Made by a program: the position numbers and the translations under genes
Notes under the pieces: model-generated
Told to the model about the DNA's origin: nothing
Databases searched by the model: none
What the model saw: the letters and a program-made list of their open reading frames with translations, nothing else
In this document: in pieces, positions 13,921-26,759 of the stretch
Layout: each line of letters starts with the position of its first letter
Position numbering within the stretch: the stretch's first letter is position 1
Source: Mobula hypostoma
Lineage: Eukaryota
Assembly (NCBI RefSeq): GCF_963921235.1
Contig: NC_086097.1
Coordinates: 145,454,001 to 145,518,000 of the forward strand
DNA length: 64,000 bases
Direction: 5' to 3'

Positions 13921-14404
13921 ATTCATCTGCCTATTGTCTATTGCTGTTGTGTGCTGGGGCAGCAGGCTGAGGGTAGCAGACACAAACAGAATCAACAAAC
14001 TTATTCGTAAGGCCAGTGATGTTGTGGGGATGGAACTGGACTCTCTCTCACGGTGGTGTCTGAAAAGGGGATGCTGTCTAAGTTGCATGCCATCTTGGTC
14101 AATGTCTCCCATCCACTACATAATGTACTGGGTGGGCACAGGAGTACATTCAGCCAGAAACTCATTCCACCGAGATGCAACACTGAGCGTCATAGGAAGT
14201 CATTCCTGCCTGTAGCCATCAAACTTTACAACGCCTCCCTTGGAGGGTCAGAAACCCTGAGCCAATAGGCTGGTCCTGGACTTATTTCCTGGCATAATTT
14301 ACATATTGCTATTTAACAATTTATGTTTTTATTACTATTTATTATTTATGGTGCGACTGTAACGAAAACCAATTTCCCTCGAGATCAATAAAGTATGACT
14401 ATCT
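13921..14404 (+). mobile_element. 3' fragment of a second Rex1/Babar-type LINE
   Basis: AVVCWGSRLRVADTNRINKLIRKAS, SHPLH and RKSFLPVAIKLYN motifs; tail gatcaataaagtatgact. Confidence 0.75.
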
Positions 14405-16125
14405 AAGTGTCTCGTAAAAGTTCTTATTATATCTGCCTCTACCACCAGCAGTTCAGTCCAGGCACCCACCCCCACTCTCTGGTGTTTTAAAAAAACACTT
14501 GCCTCTCACATCTCCCTTGAAATGACCCCCCCACCTCCTGAAATGCATACTCTCTGATATTAGTTATTTCAACCCTGGGTAAATGATACAGTCTGTCTAC
14601 TCTATGCATGCCTCTCATAACCTTATAAACCTCTATTAGATCTCCTCTCAGCCTGTGCTGCTCCTGAGAAAACAACCCGGGTTTGTCCAACCTCTCACTA
14701 CAGCTCAGGCTCTCTCATCCAGGCAACGTACTGGAAACCTCTTCTGCATCCTTCCCAAAGCTTTGATGTCCTTCATGTTCTGTAGGTGACTAGAAATGTA
14801 CGCAGTACTTTAGATGGGCTAGTGTTTCATAAAGCTGCAACGTAACTTGTTGATTTTTGAACTCAATGCCTTGACTAACAAAGGAAGGACAAACCAAGGT
14901 AGAACATACAGGGTTAATGGTAAGGCACTGAGGAGTGCAGTGGAACAGAGGGATCTGGGAATACAGATACAAAATTCCCTAAAAGTGTCGTCGCAGGTAG
15001 ATAGGGTCGTAAAGAGAGCTTTTGGTACATTGGCCTTTATTAGTCGAAGTATTGAGTATAAGAGCTGGAATGTTATGATGAGGTTGTATAAGGCATTGGT
15101 GAGGCCGAATCTGGAGTATCGTGTTCAGTTTTGGTCACCAAATTACAGGAAGGATATAAATAAGGTTGAAAGAGTGCAGAGAAGGTTTACAAGGATGTTG
15201 CCGGGACTTGAGAAACTCAGTTACAGAGAAAGGTTGAATAGGTTAGGACTTTATTCCCTGGAGCGTAGAAGAATGAGGGGAGATTTGATAGAGGTATATA
15301 AAATTATGATGGGTATAGATAGAGTGAATGCAAGCAGGCTTTTTCCACTGAGGCAAGGGGAGAAAAAAACCAGAGGACATGGGTTTAGGGTGAGGGGGTA
15401 AATTTTAAAGGGAACATTAGGGGGGGCTTCTTCACACAGAGAGTGGTGGGAGTATGGAATGAGCTGCCAGACGAGGTGATAAATGCGGGTTCTTTTTTAA
15501 CATTTAAGAATAAATTGGACAGATACATGGATGGGAGGTGTATGGAGGGATATGGTCCGTGTGCAGGTCAGTGGGACTAGGCAGAAAATGGTTCGGCACA
15601 GCCAAGAGTGGCCAAAGGGCCTGTTTCTGTGCTGTAGTTTCTATGGTTCTATGCAAGCATGCCATAAGCCGCCTTTAACCAACCTATCAACCTGCGTAGC
15701 CGTTTTGAGGGAACTACAACTCCAAGATCTCTGTTCATCAACACTGCCTTTAAGAGTGTACTGTCTGATTACGTTTGACCTACACCTCACCTTTGGCCGG
15801 GTTAAACTCCACCTGCCATTTCTCCACCTGTATCTGTAACTGCTGTATTCTTTGCCAGTCTTCTATGCTCTCCAAAACCCCACTAATCTTCGTATCATCT
15901 GCAAACTCATTAACTCATCCATCTACATTTCCGTCCAGGTTATTTATATACATTACAAACAGCAGAAGTTCCAGTACAGATCCTTGCAGAGCACCACTAA
16001 TCACAGATCTCCAGCAAGAATAAGTCCCTTCAACTAATACTTTCTATGAGCAAGCTAGTTCTGAGTCTAAACGGCCAATTCACCTTGGATCCCATGTATC
16101 TTAATATTCTGGATGAGCCTCTCAT
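14405..16125 (-). mobile_element. Old antisense CR1 fragment split by a younger CR1
   Basis: Minus-strand LRGDLIEVYKVMRG (14487-14690) and RT-region remnants at 15655-16120. Confidence 0.7.
14885..15653 (+). mobile_element. Young 5'-truncated CR1 LINE
   Basis: Open C-terminal ORF2 (EQRDLGIQI...LYKALVRPNLEY...RRMRGDLIEVYKI...TRGH); tail ttctatggttctatg. Confidence 0.9.
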
Positions 16126-17824
16126 TTCTGTATCTATAGAAGTTTGTAAGAATCCTTGGTAATATTCCAAGTTTCCTGAATCTAGGAATTGACTGTCAAC
16201 TTAAGGAAGGTTGTTTTAACCATAATCCTCCTCTCAAAGCTTTTCATTATGTAAGATGCGTGCGCTACCGAGCGATAGATGTTGATGCAGCTCGTGCTGC
16301 TTTCTTGAGCACCAGAATAAATGATGGCCTTTTGAAGCAGGTGGACACCTCAGACTGCAGCAATGAGAGGGGCTGAAGTCCTTGAGTACTGCTGTCAGTT
16401 GGTTGGCAGAGGTTTTCAGTACCTGACCAGGTATACCACTGGGGCCTGATGGCTTGTGAAGGCTCATCCTTTTGAAGTACTGTATTATCGGACATCAGCC
16501 TCAGGGCATGCATAAAAGGCATTGAGCTTGTGGTGGAGTGAAGTATCCTGGTTTTATAAGGGTGTTTGGAAACCATCCTAATTTGGAAGCAGTAAACTGT
16601 TGACATTGTGGTGATAAAGGAGGGCAATAAGATCTCTGCTAAAGCAAGAGATACACTAGTTCTCAGTTGATGAATATGAAATGTAGGTAGAGGTAATAAT
16701 CCACTATTCATTTAATTGATCCAATTTCAATTCTCCTCCAATCATCGCACAATTGGATAACATATGAGCTTTCTCAAGGCTCAGATCTAAGCGTAAGATG
16801 GGTTTCTGCTTTGATGATCACCCCAACAAAGGCTTTCTGAAGGCTCAGCTATACATATTAATTACTTCATTAAGCATTTAGTAACTATGGACATTTAACT
16901 CTTGAGTGCATGGATGAGAGAGGAAAAATGAAAATTTCTTCCCTCCCCACCTTGCTTTTTCCTCTTTGTTGCAATCTTGCACAAAACCTTTTTGTATGAC
17001 AGCAGTATTGGCCTTGGATTTTCAAGCTTTTTGATTGCTCTTATCTGGCATTTGAAACATAGCTTTGCAGTCAACCAACAGTAAGTTTGTTAACTAGCCT
17101 TGCCCTGGCTGACTTTGTTTGCTGGCATAGCGGTTATGTAATCGAGAGGCCTGGACTAATGATCCAATATCATGATATCATATCATGCCATGATAGGGGT
17201 GGAGAGGAGGGGGAGGACCTCAAGTAAAACAGAGTTTTAAAAGATGGTATTATGATGCAACCCATGAAATCATTGGTGCATTTAAACAAAATATATAGTT
17301 TGCAGATTTTCTTTGGCAAAGGAATGCTGTGTCTGTCCCTAGTTTGCATTTTGAATGCTCCAGACCCACAGCAAGGTGTCTACTGAATTGATTGCAAATG
17401 CCACTGTGTTGTATTAAATTAATGCAAAAGGAAATAATAATGGTTAGTTTGCTGGGTGTTAATCATGGCAATGGCACAATCAACCTCTGTAACTTTGCAA
17501 CGCTTTCACCACTAAATTGAGGGGTTGTGCAAGAAATGGAAGATTTGCCGAAAGGATTGGGAGCAAGAGGAGGTCATCCCTCAAGCCTATTCACTGGACT
17601 GATAGCAGATCTGTAATCTAACTCCATATGTTTGCCTTTGACCAAAATCCCTTTGCTTAAAAACAAAATGATCAGCTTCCATTTTAAAATTAACATTTGA
17701 ACTAGATATACCATCAGCTGTACATGACAGGAAAGAATTCCAAACTTGCCCAAATTTGACTAGTTATTTTCTCTCAAGATTGGAACACGACAAGGTCTGT
17801 AAGAAAAAGTAACTTTTCTTCGAA

Positions 17825-19700
17825 GTTCAAAGTAAATTTATTATCAAAGTACATGTGTGTCACCATATACAACCCTGAGATTCATTTTCTCCTAAGGAAG
17901 TAGAGGTACTGCCATGCTTTCTTTGTAATTGTCCTTGCATACTGAACCTGGGACGTCCTACGAAATGATAATACTGAGGAATTTAAAGTTGCCGACCCTC
18001 TCCAATTCTGATCTTCTGGTGAAGACTGGCTCATGGATCTATGGTTTCCCCTTCCTGAAGTGAAAAATCAGCTCCTTGTTCTTCCTGATATTGAGTAAGA
18101 AGTTGTTGTTATGGCACCTCCTATATGCTGATTTGTCACCACCTTCGATTCAGCCCATGACATTGTTGTCATCAGCAAACTTGATTGTGGCACACAGTCC
18201 GAAATGCAAAGGGAGTAGAGCAGGGGACTAAGTACACAGCCTTGTGGTGGGCCTGTGGTAATAGAGATTGTGGAGGAGATGTTGTTGCCAATCTATACTG
18301 ACTGGGGTCTGCAAGTGAGCAAATCAAGGATTCAGTTGCACAAGGATGCATTGAGGCTAAGCCTTTGAAGCTTTATGATTAGTTTTGAGGGGATGATAGT
18401 ATTTAATGCCAGTCTGTAGTCAATAAAGAGCATCCTGATGTATGCATCGTTGTTGTCCAGATGTTCCAGGGTTCAGTGAAAAGCCAATCAGATAGCATCT
18501 ACTGTGGACCTGTTGCACTGGTAGGCAAATTGGAGCAGATCCAAGTCATTGTACATCACTAACCTCTCAAAACATTTCATCACTCTAGATGTACCTTAAG
18601 TGCTACTGGATGATAATCATCGAGGCAAGTTATTATGTCATTAGGTACCGGTATTAGTGAAATTTGCTTGAAATAAATGCTGAAGTAAGAGTTTAAAGAT
18701 CTCTGAGGTCTCCAGCCAGTTGATCGGCACAGGTCTTTCATACTTGGCCAGGTACCCTGTGGGCAGGATGGGCCTGAAGGTTGCTCGCACGTTGGCCTCA
18801 GAGACTGAAATCACAGGATCATTGGGGCCTGTGATAGTTTGTGTTTTGACGGTCAAAACGAGCATAAAAGGCATTGAGCTCATCTGGAAGTGAGGCCCTG
18901 TTGTTGCCTACGTCACTTAGTTTATCTTTGTAAGACCTGATAGCATTCAAGCACTGCCACAGCTGTTGAGCATCCTTCGTTGATTCAAGTTTAGTTCAGA
19001 ATTGCCACTTTGACCATGAGATGGCTTTCTGGACCTCTTGTAACTTTTTTGGTCACCATACCTGAATGCCTCCGATCTGGGTCTCAGCAGATTGCAGATC
19101 TCATTGTTCATCCAGGGGTTCTGGTTGGGGAAGACTCTGAATGATTTTGTGGGGACACACTTGGTTAAATAAAGTCTGTGACAACCATGGTGTATTCATT
19201 CAAATCCCCAGATGAGTCCTTGAACACGGCCCAGTCTACTGTTGCGAAGCAATCCCATAGTCGCTCCTCTACCTCCTGTGATCACTGCTTTGCTATTCTA
19301 ATCTGGAGCTTTGTTCTTAAGCCTTTGCCTGTATATAGGAAGGAGAAGAAAAGCCAAATGATCAGATTTACTGAAATACAGCCTGGGCATGGAACAGAGG
19401 CATTCTTTATCTTAGTACAACAGTGCTGTAGTGTGTTGGGACCTGTGCTGATAGCATTTTGGCAGGGTTTTCTTCAAACAAGCCTGATTGAAGTCCCCAA
19501 CTATGATTTGTAATGCATCAGGGTAGACTGTTTCTTGTTTGGTGACAGCGCTATGCAGTATCTCAGGCGTTTGATGGTATGCTGCTGGTGGTATGTAAAC
19601 TGCAGTCAGGATTATGATGAAGAACTCCCTAGGTAAATAGAACAGATGGTATTTGACCATTAGGTGTTCAAGTTCGGGAAAATCCACAGTTTGACAAAAC
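17825..19700 (-). mobile_element. Degenerate Rex1/Babar LINE
   Basis: Minus-strand YLPREF...AVYIPP, IVGDFNQACLKK, FPNQNPW. Tail gttcaaagtaaatttatt at the left end. Confidence 0.8.
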
Positions 19701-20231
19701 TGCCACATTGGAGCGCCACTGAGAGTTCGTCTATAAAACAATGCTTAATTTGACAGCTGAATATCGTGGGCTTTGAACGTTAGGCAGGAAATTGATGCCC
19801 TTGACTTTCACATAGTTTTCATTTTACGAAGAATTAGTATGGCTTTTGTTTATAAATCCAATATTATGAGGAAGCTCCTACTTGAAAAGTAATTTTCTCC
19901 ATTCTTACATTTTTAAATGCACTGACCTTAAATATATATATTGCATTCATCAGCTGCTTCTGTGCTGGTGTCCTTCATACTGAAGTGTCGATCTGATACC
20001 TGATCAGGCGGAGAATTGTCATCTGATGTACAGAAAACCCTAAACTGCAAGGAAAGTGGAGTGCTGACTCCCACTTCCCACACCCAGTCTTTTAACCTTT
20101 CCACCAAATCAGCGGTTAGTTTGGGTTGGAGTTGGAAGAACCAGTTTTGTGCAAAATGCAAGTAAGGTTAAAGGTTTCAATGTTTCAGGTTGCCACAATT
20201 GCAGCTCCTGTGAGAATATTTTATCTTCCAG

Positions 20232-20424
20232 CTCTCCCAGTGCAAGTCTTCGATCACTCTACAAGTTCGTCTGTACATCAGTACAGAAGACCAGTGAAAC
20301 TGCTTGGAAATTTCCAGTATTGATTATAGATGACTTAAGTGTCCTGCTTAGCCTTGGAGTGACCACTAAAGACATTTTGAATTTTATGCATTACTGTAGA
20401 GCCACACTTTGCTCAAAGCTTAAG
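20232..20424 (+). CDS. ELP6: ELP6 internal coding exon (likely exon 5)
   Basis: Acceptor ttatcttccag (alternative in-frame acceptor would start the exon at 20241) and donor aag|gtaagt. Translates SPSASLRSLYKFV...WKFPVLIIDDLSVLLSLGVTTKDILNFMHYCRATLCSKLK, with the ELP6 PVLxxDDLSVLLSLG/HYCRAT motif. Confidence 0.92.
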
Positions 20425-20717
20425 GTAAGTTTAATGCCAGTTTCCATAAGCGTTTTATTGGTACTTCTGAATATGTTCCAAATTCTGATAAAAGATAATC
20501 AATTTAAAACATTAATTTTTTTTTCTCAATGGATGTTGCCTGAATTGTTCCATATTTATGGCATATTTTTACAATTGATATTGAAGTTTTGTTCAGTGAT
20601 TTGTTAAATTTAAACTATTTTATTGGTCAGGAGCACCAAAGGATGAGGTTACCTGAGCTACCAGAAAATTTGCAACGATTCTCATTGCTCTGACAACTGA
20701 GTTCCTTGTACTCTGTA

Positions 20718-21591
20718 ACACACTCAAGTTGCTGGAGGAACTTTACAGATCAGGCAGCATCTATGGAAAAGAGTAAACATTCGACATTTCGGGCCAAGAC
20801 CCTTCATCAGGACTGGGGGAGAAAAGAGAAATCAGAGCAATAAAGTGGGATGGACGGGAGGAAGAAGTACTAGGTGATATCTGGTGCTCTGGGTGTGGCC
20901 TCCCGTGTTATTGGTGAGGCCCAATGTAGTTTGGGAGACAGCTTCACCGAACACCTACGCTGCATCTGCCAGAATAAGCAGGATCTCCCAGTGGCCACCC
21001 ATTTTAATTTCACCTCCCAGTCCCATTCTGACATGTCAGTCCATGGCTTCCTCTACTGTCGCGATGAGGGCACACTCAGGTTGGAGGAGCAACACCTTGT
21101 ATTCTGTCTGGGTAGCCTCCAACCTGATGGCATGAATATCGATTTCTCAAACTTCCGGTATTTACCCCCTCCCCCCTTCACCATTCCCCCATTCTCGTTT
21201 CCCTCTCATCTTACCTGCCCATCACCTCTCTCTGGTGCTCCTCCCCTTTCCCTTTCTTCCATGGTCTTCTACCCTCTCCCATCTGATTTCCCCCTTCTTC
21301 AGCCCTTTATCTCTTTCACCAATCAACTTCCCAGGTCTTTACTTCACCCCTCCCTCTCCCCTCCTGCCCCCACCAGTTTCACCTATTGCTTACCACCTTA
21401 TACTACTTCCTTCTCTCCCCCAACTTTTTGCTCTGACTTCTCATCTTTTTTTCCCAGTCCTGATGAAGGGTCTTGGCCCAAAACATTGACTGTTTACTCT
21501 TTTTGATAGCTGCTGCCTGGCTTGCTGAGTTCCTCCAGCATTTTATGTGTGTTGCTTGGACTTACAGCCTCTGCAGATTTTCTCGTGTTTG
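20718..21591 (+). mobile_element. Penelope-like insertion with inverted arms and 15-bp TSD
   Basis: TSD tccttgtactctgta (20703-20717 and 21592-21606). GIY-YIG C-terminal remnant (LGDSFTEHL...LEEQHLVFCLGSLQPDGMN). Hammerhead-like motif in both arms. Confidence 0.85.
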
Positions 21592-22507
21592 TCCTTGTAC
21601 TCTGTACAGAGCGACCACATCCATCCTTTGTTATGGTTACCAGAATGTTACTCGTACCAATCTTTTTGTTCTGCAAGCTGCTTAACTCCCTTCTATCAGT
21701 AATCTGGTCGAATTTTTGGATTGTAATTGTTAAGTAAAAGTATTGCTTCTGCAGTTTTGTTTCCTTTTGTGCATTATTTGTTCTTGAAACCTGGGTGATA
21801 TCCAAAGAAATTTATGTACTGTGGTAATTTTCCTGTTATTAAACAGTGGTGTCAAATTCAATGCAGCCAGTTCCCAGCAATCTGCAACAATACACAACAT
21901 GTTTTCACGGTGGATCTTTGCATTCCCTAGCATTCTCAAGGAGAATTCCAGTTGCCTTAAACCTAGCAGATTTCATCAATTACTTGATATTTTGTTAGCG
22001 AGTAATTTGATTTTGAAGTTCAGATCAAAGAATATTATCCTGAGAATTGTAATAACATAATCTTGTAAATTGGAGTGTTGGATGCTTTAGTTATGTTTAT
22101 GAGATGTCAATATTTCAAAGCAACTATTTGAGCATTGCTTTGAAAGCCTGATAATATCAAATTTGAGCAAAATTAGAATTTATTTTGATTAGTTTGTATT
22201 TACTTTCCTAAGACAAATAAGAATAACTTGCATACCTGTGGATATGTAGTGGATTATATGTCATAAAATAAATCCATAAAGGAATAAAGATCAACACAGA
22301 ATTGTACAAATAGACCAATGTTAACAGGTGTAACATAATTATTTTAAACTAAAAACTCTTGGGAAATGCAGCTGTATTCATGATATTTTACTTCGTCTGA
22401 TGGTGGCTGGATTACGGAGGATTTGAAGTATTGCTTCATTTGTAAAGATGCAGAGCCACCTTGAGAATTTTGTTCTACTTTGGACCCTGTGTCTTGGGAA
22501 GGACGTA

Positions 22508-23847
22508 CGGTGGATTCCGGTTAATTTAGACACCAGGACCAGTATGTTTTGGCCCAATTAAACACTGCCCAAATTAGCCAAAGTTTCATGGAAATAGTTA
22601 GAAAGGTTTTTTTTTAAAAAAAGACAAACTGAGTAACAAATTGTGTAGTTAAAACATGATTGAATACCACCAATACTGCTCAGTACTATAAAACTGTCTT
22701 AGTTCCTCATACTTATCAACGGAGGAATTCATCCACACCGCGTTCTTTTGACTGTGGTCATTGTAAATAGGCCTGTGGTTAGGCTGGGTTTAAATCGGGG
22801 GGATTGTTGTGCAACGCAGCTCAAAGGATTAAAAGGGCCTGTTCCACACTTAATCTCAATAAATAAATAAATAAATAAAATCAGCACAGACACCTAGCGT
22901 AGTTAATGGACTGCCTTCATACAATGCTGTTGATGATTGCATCCTCCAAATCTTCATTTTCTTTGTAATATTCAAGATGATTGTCAATACTGTTATGGCA
23001 AGCTTAAACAACTAATGCCCGTTGGTCAGCTGACAACCAATCTCAGGCTGACTTTCACTAATTGAGCGATTTTCCAATCAACATCTTGAATATTCTTTGG
23101 GTAAACTATTTAAGTAGTTGTGCTTTGGGATGTACAGTTGAGTTTTGAGATTTTGCACTTGAGTGGTTTTACTGAATAAAGGAGTATTTTGAGTTCTGGC
23201 TTTGTCCCATCTCCAGACTTCAGGTCTCATCAGTAGCTAAAGGCAAATGAACACAACAGATATCTTCAAATTCTCAGTTGTTTCTAACTTGTTGAAGGTG
23301 TGAAACTGTTTCATTTTCACTCCCTGCTGTTTCTGGCATCTCCGAGCCTGAATGCCTGAAACTGCAGTGAGCAAAACAGTTCTGAATTGTCTTGCTTGTT
23401 TCTCGCCAACTATCAGTGACAAAAATTGATGCTTTTTGAACAGAAACACATGCAACTGATGGTTTTTAAATACTCAAATAATGGTGTTGGTCTGTCGGCC
23501 ACGCACGCGACTTACGCTGGATAGAAACTGTTCGGCAACAGTCTCCAGCTCCTATTCAGCGCATAGTATCCCAAATAAATGAAAGGAATCCCGGTTATTT
23601 TCTTGCAAACAACAGGAATTCTGCAGATGCTGGAAATTCAAGCAACACACATCAAAGTTGACGAAGGGTCTCGGCCTGAAACGTCGACTGCGCTTCTTCC
23701 TATAGATGCTGCCTGGCCTGCTGCGTTCACCAGCAACTTTGATGTGTGTTGCCGGTTATTTTCTTAGTGAGTTTTTGTCTTTTAAGAGCTGTCCCAGATG
23801 GGTGGCTGCCCCGACTAACCAATGGTCCAGTTAACCGGAATCTACTA
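22508..23847. mobile_element. Tigger/pogo-like non-autonomous DNA transposon with nested insertions
   Basis: TA followed by cggtggattccggttaa at the left; ttaaccggaatctacta at the right (imperfect TIR). Contains a SINE 3' piece and a Penelope foldback. Confidence 0.6.
23605..23751. mobile_element. 147-bp Penelope-derived foldback insertion with 14-bp TSD
   Basis: TSD ccggttattttctt (23591-23604 and 23752-23765). Inverted aacacacatcaaagttg / caactttgatgtgtgtt. Contains a 5'-clipped hammerhead motif. Confidence 0.85.
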
Positions 23848-24884
23848 TTGATGTTAAAGAGGCAATGGTCCAGCTTTATCAGAATACTACTGAAGCTCAG
23901 AAGTTGGGTTATGATTCTATACAATCTTAGACAGATCTCATTAACCTAACTTGCCTATTAACAGACAAATTAGGAGCAGCAGTAACCACCTGGCCTGCCA
24001 GCCTGCTCTATCATTTAACATAAAAATCCGTGAACTACAAATCCCAGAAGATTGAAACAAAAACATGAAGTGCTCAGAAAAATACTTGTCCCCTGGATCA
24101 AAACCAGTTCCGTTTTGTTTTTTTATCCCCCAATTTTCACAAGGTTAAGAAAGATGTGTAAAATCAGAGGGCATAGTTTTATAAGATGAGAAAGAGAAGA
24201 GATCAGAAGATTTCTTTTCATCTAGAGAGTGATTGCGATGAAATGGACTGCCTAAGAAAGTGGTGGTGGCGGGTACTCTCATTGCATTTTAAAGTGTCAG
24301 GGTGAATACTCGGGGGGGGGGGTGGGTAATGGAACAAGTGCGGTAAATGGAATCACTTTAAAGGATTAGAGGGGTACCTGATGGGTCAGCATGGGTATTG
24401 TGGGATGAAGGCCCTATTTCTATGCTGTATGACTCAGTTATCTCTGCCCTCACCCCCCTCCACTCTTCTCATTAAGCTATCAACCAGAAAACTTTGTAAT
24501 TAGTGGAATTACCTCACACCTGTGGCCTCGCTCCTATCCCCTCACCTCGGTTTTTTTTTACAACTTAAAACTAAATTGTTTTCTCACTATCTAATTTCTG
24601 ACGAAGGTTCTGTAATCTGATACAGTAACTCCTTTTCACACTGCCTGATCAGCTGAGTGTATTTGGCTTTTTGTACTCCTGTTTCAGATTTTTCCATTAT
24701 AGCCAATGTCTATTTTCACATCCTATTGTCTCTTATTGTTACTGTTAATTCTTTCCTTGATATATATTTTTAGCTGGCTTTTCTACCTTTAAAGTTGTAC
24801 ATAATTGCAAATTTATTATATTTTGTATCCTGGAAACAGTTCCATGTTTTTTTAAAGGAGGGAAAAAATCCTTTTGTATTGCAG

Positions 24885-25031
24885 GGAAACTTAGTGGCAT
24901 TGGCGCATAACACAGAAGATTTGGAAGATGAAGAAAATGATTTTGTGGTCAAATCACTGAGTTACCAGTCTCATCTGATTCTGCAAGCGGAAGGATTAGC
25001 CACTGGGTACTGCAAGGATATCCATGGTGAG
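24885..25031 (+). CDS. ELP6: ELP6 internal coding exon (likely exon 6), 147 nt
   Basis: Acceptor ttttgtattgcag and donor gag|gtatga. Translates GNLVALAHNTEDLEDEENDFVVKSLSYQSHLILQAEGLATGYCKDIHGE. Confidence 0.95.
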
Positions 25032-25319
25032 GTATGATCACTTGTCATGGAACTTTCAATACTGTTTAAGATTACATCTGTTTTGAGGATGATGGTAAAC
25101 TGTCACCAAATTTCACTGAAGCTAAATCTTACAGCTAATTATCCTGTGATTAAACTGAGCTACTCAATGAACTGAATGCATGCTTGTGTAGCCTGACTGC
25201 AGTTTGGTGCACTGTAAGCTTTAGTTGAAAACGTGTTCAAAAGATGTTAATTTACTGGCAGTGCTCCAACAAATGCAATCAATTTTCCCCTAATTATTTT
25301 CTTTTGTCTTTACATATAG

Positions 25320-25448
25320 CTGAAGATTATTTGGCGCTCCCTTTCACCTGTGAAGACGGAAAAAAATGTTACAAAAATTTTTCAGTACAAAATACAAGAC
25401 AAAAATGTTGCCTTTTTTGCCAGAGGAACCTCATCTGCTGTACTCTAG
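25320..25448 (+). CDS. ELP6: ELP6 terminal coding exon including the TAG stop
   Basis: Polypyrimidine tract and atag acceptor. Translates LKIIWRSLSPVKTEKNVTKIFQYKIQDKNVAFFARGTSSAVL*, matching the ELP6 C-terminus (YQYKIQDKSVSFFAKGMSPAVL). Confidence 0.95.
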   Translation: MKIIWRSLSPVKTEKNVTKIFQYKIQDKNVAFFARGTSSAVL

Positions 25449-25947
25449 GATTTCTTTTGGTTCATATAATTGAGCGATATGAAGGACATTTACTGTTTTG
25501 AAATGGACTTGATTATAATTATCTGACAACTAAGGAGTCCTTTGACTTACATTGGTTTAACAACTTTATTTCAAAAGGCTATAAAATAGTATTCTGCTAT
25601 GTGTATACTGTATATTGTTCATTTATAATGACATGAAACCATCTACAACAAACCAGCTTATAGCTATAGGTACAGGGTATTTCCCAGTTAAAACTTCAAT
25701 GCAATTGCTTTGTATCTTGATTATTCATTTCCAATTGCTGCTTATAATATCCACTCCACTTAGAAGCAGGGCTCATGGGTTTAAATTGTGATCAACAACA
25801 AATTTTTCCCTTGGGTTTTTTAAACCATCTATTTTTTTTCTTATCTCCAGGGAGCAGGAAGCGCAGAATCAAATATCGCTATGATGATTGTATGTTCTAG
25901 TATCAATTGTTTGGCGACAATAAAGTATAAAGTATTTTCCTATAACC

Positions 25948-26027
25948 CAGTGTTCCCAACCTTTATTATGCCACGGACCAATACCATTAAGCAAGGGGTC
26001 TGTGGACCCCAGGTTGGGAACACCCTG
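25948..26027. mobile_element. 80-bp hAT (Charlie-like) MITE
   Basis: TIRs cagtgttcccaacct / aggttgggaacaccctg. A second copy lies at ~37468-37545. Confidence 0.65.
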
Positions 26028-26080
26028 ATGTAAACATTTTTTTTCTAGATAATGTGGTTCCTGGTATCTTATGAAATGTT

Positions 26081-26090
26081 AATAAATAAA
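26081..26090 (+). terminator. Candidate ELP6 polyadenylation signal (AATAAATAAA); another AATAAA at 25919-25924
   Basis: Canonical hexamers 0.5-0.6 kb downstream of the stop codon. Which one is used cannot be determined from sequence. Confidence 0.4.
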
Positions 26091-26164
26091 GGAACCCCTA
26101 ACTGCTAATTTCTTCAGTTGACTAAATTCTGTAATGGGGGGTCGGGGGGAGGGAGGACGGAGGG

Positions 26165-26385
26165 AATGTCGACTCAGACCATGAGAGACCTGCGTCGGAT
26201 ATTTTCATGCCTTACGAGGTGCAGATTGGAAGTCTGTGTGGGGCGCCACTCCTCGCACAGCCTAGAGCAATGTGTGATTAAGTGCCTTGCTCAAGGACAC
26301 AAACACGCTGCCACAGCTGAGGCTCAAACTAGCTACCTTGAGGTCACTAGACGAACGCCATAACCACTTGGCCACGTGCCCAACA
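26165..26385 (-). mobile_element. tRNA-headed SINE with CORE-like domain
   Basis: Reverse complement reads tggccaagtgg (A box), gtttgagcc (B-like), gtgtccttgagcaaggcacttaatc. Same head as the SINE at 32358. Confidence 0.75.
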
Positions 26386-26759
26386 ATCAAGGAAAGACAA
26401 AACCCCCATCATAGAAAATTTCTGTAGCACCAGGCATCCATTTTGTGTTTAATGTGTCTGTTAATAGCATCTTTGATGAAGTAAAACTTTTGTAAGTATA
26501 CAAAAATGTGCTTGAAGATGAGCAAAAAGCAAAATATGGCAAAACAAATGAGTGTTTAGATGTAGAAATGTATAATGATGTACAAAGCTGATATTTGATA
26601 GGTTTTTACTTTTCACACATATTGGGCTAAGTGTGAGCTACATAGTAAAGTTGATATGATTTCTTAAAGCCTTGACTGAAATTCATTGCTCCTTTAACTA
26701 TGCACCAGTAGTTTGCTCTAACAGGATGTTTTAGACCCAACAAGAGAGTGAAATAAAAT

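Noticed and set aside
16811..16840. C/D box snoRNA (tgatga...ctga)
   Set aside because: The boxes are only ~20 nt apart, too short for a snoRNA.
20149..20607. 152-aa ORF as a standalone gene
   Set aside because: Only 20232-20424 is ELP6 exon; the rest is open intronic flank.
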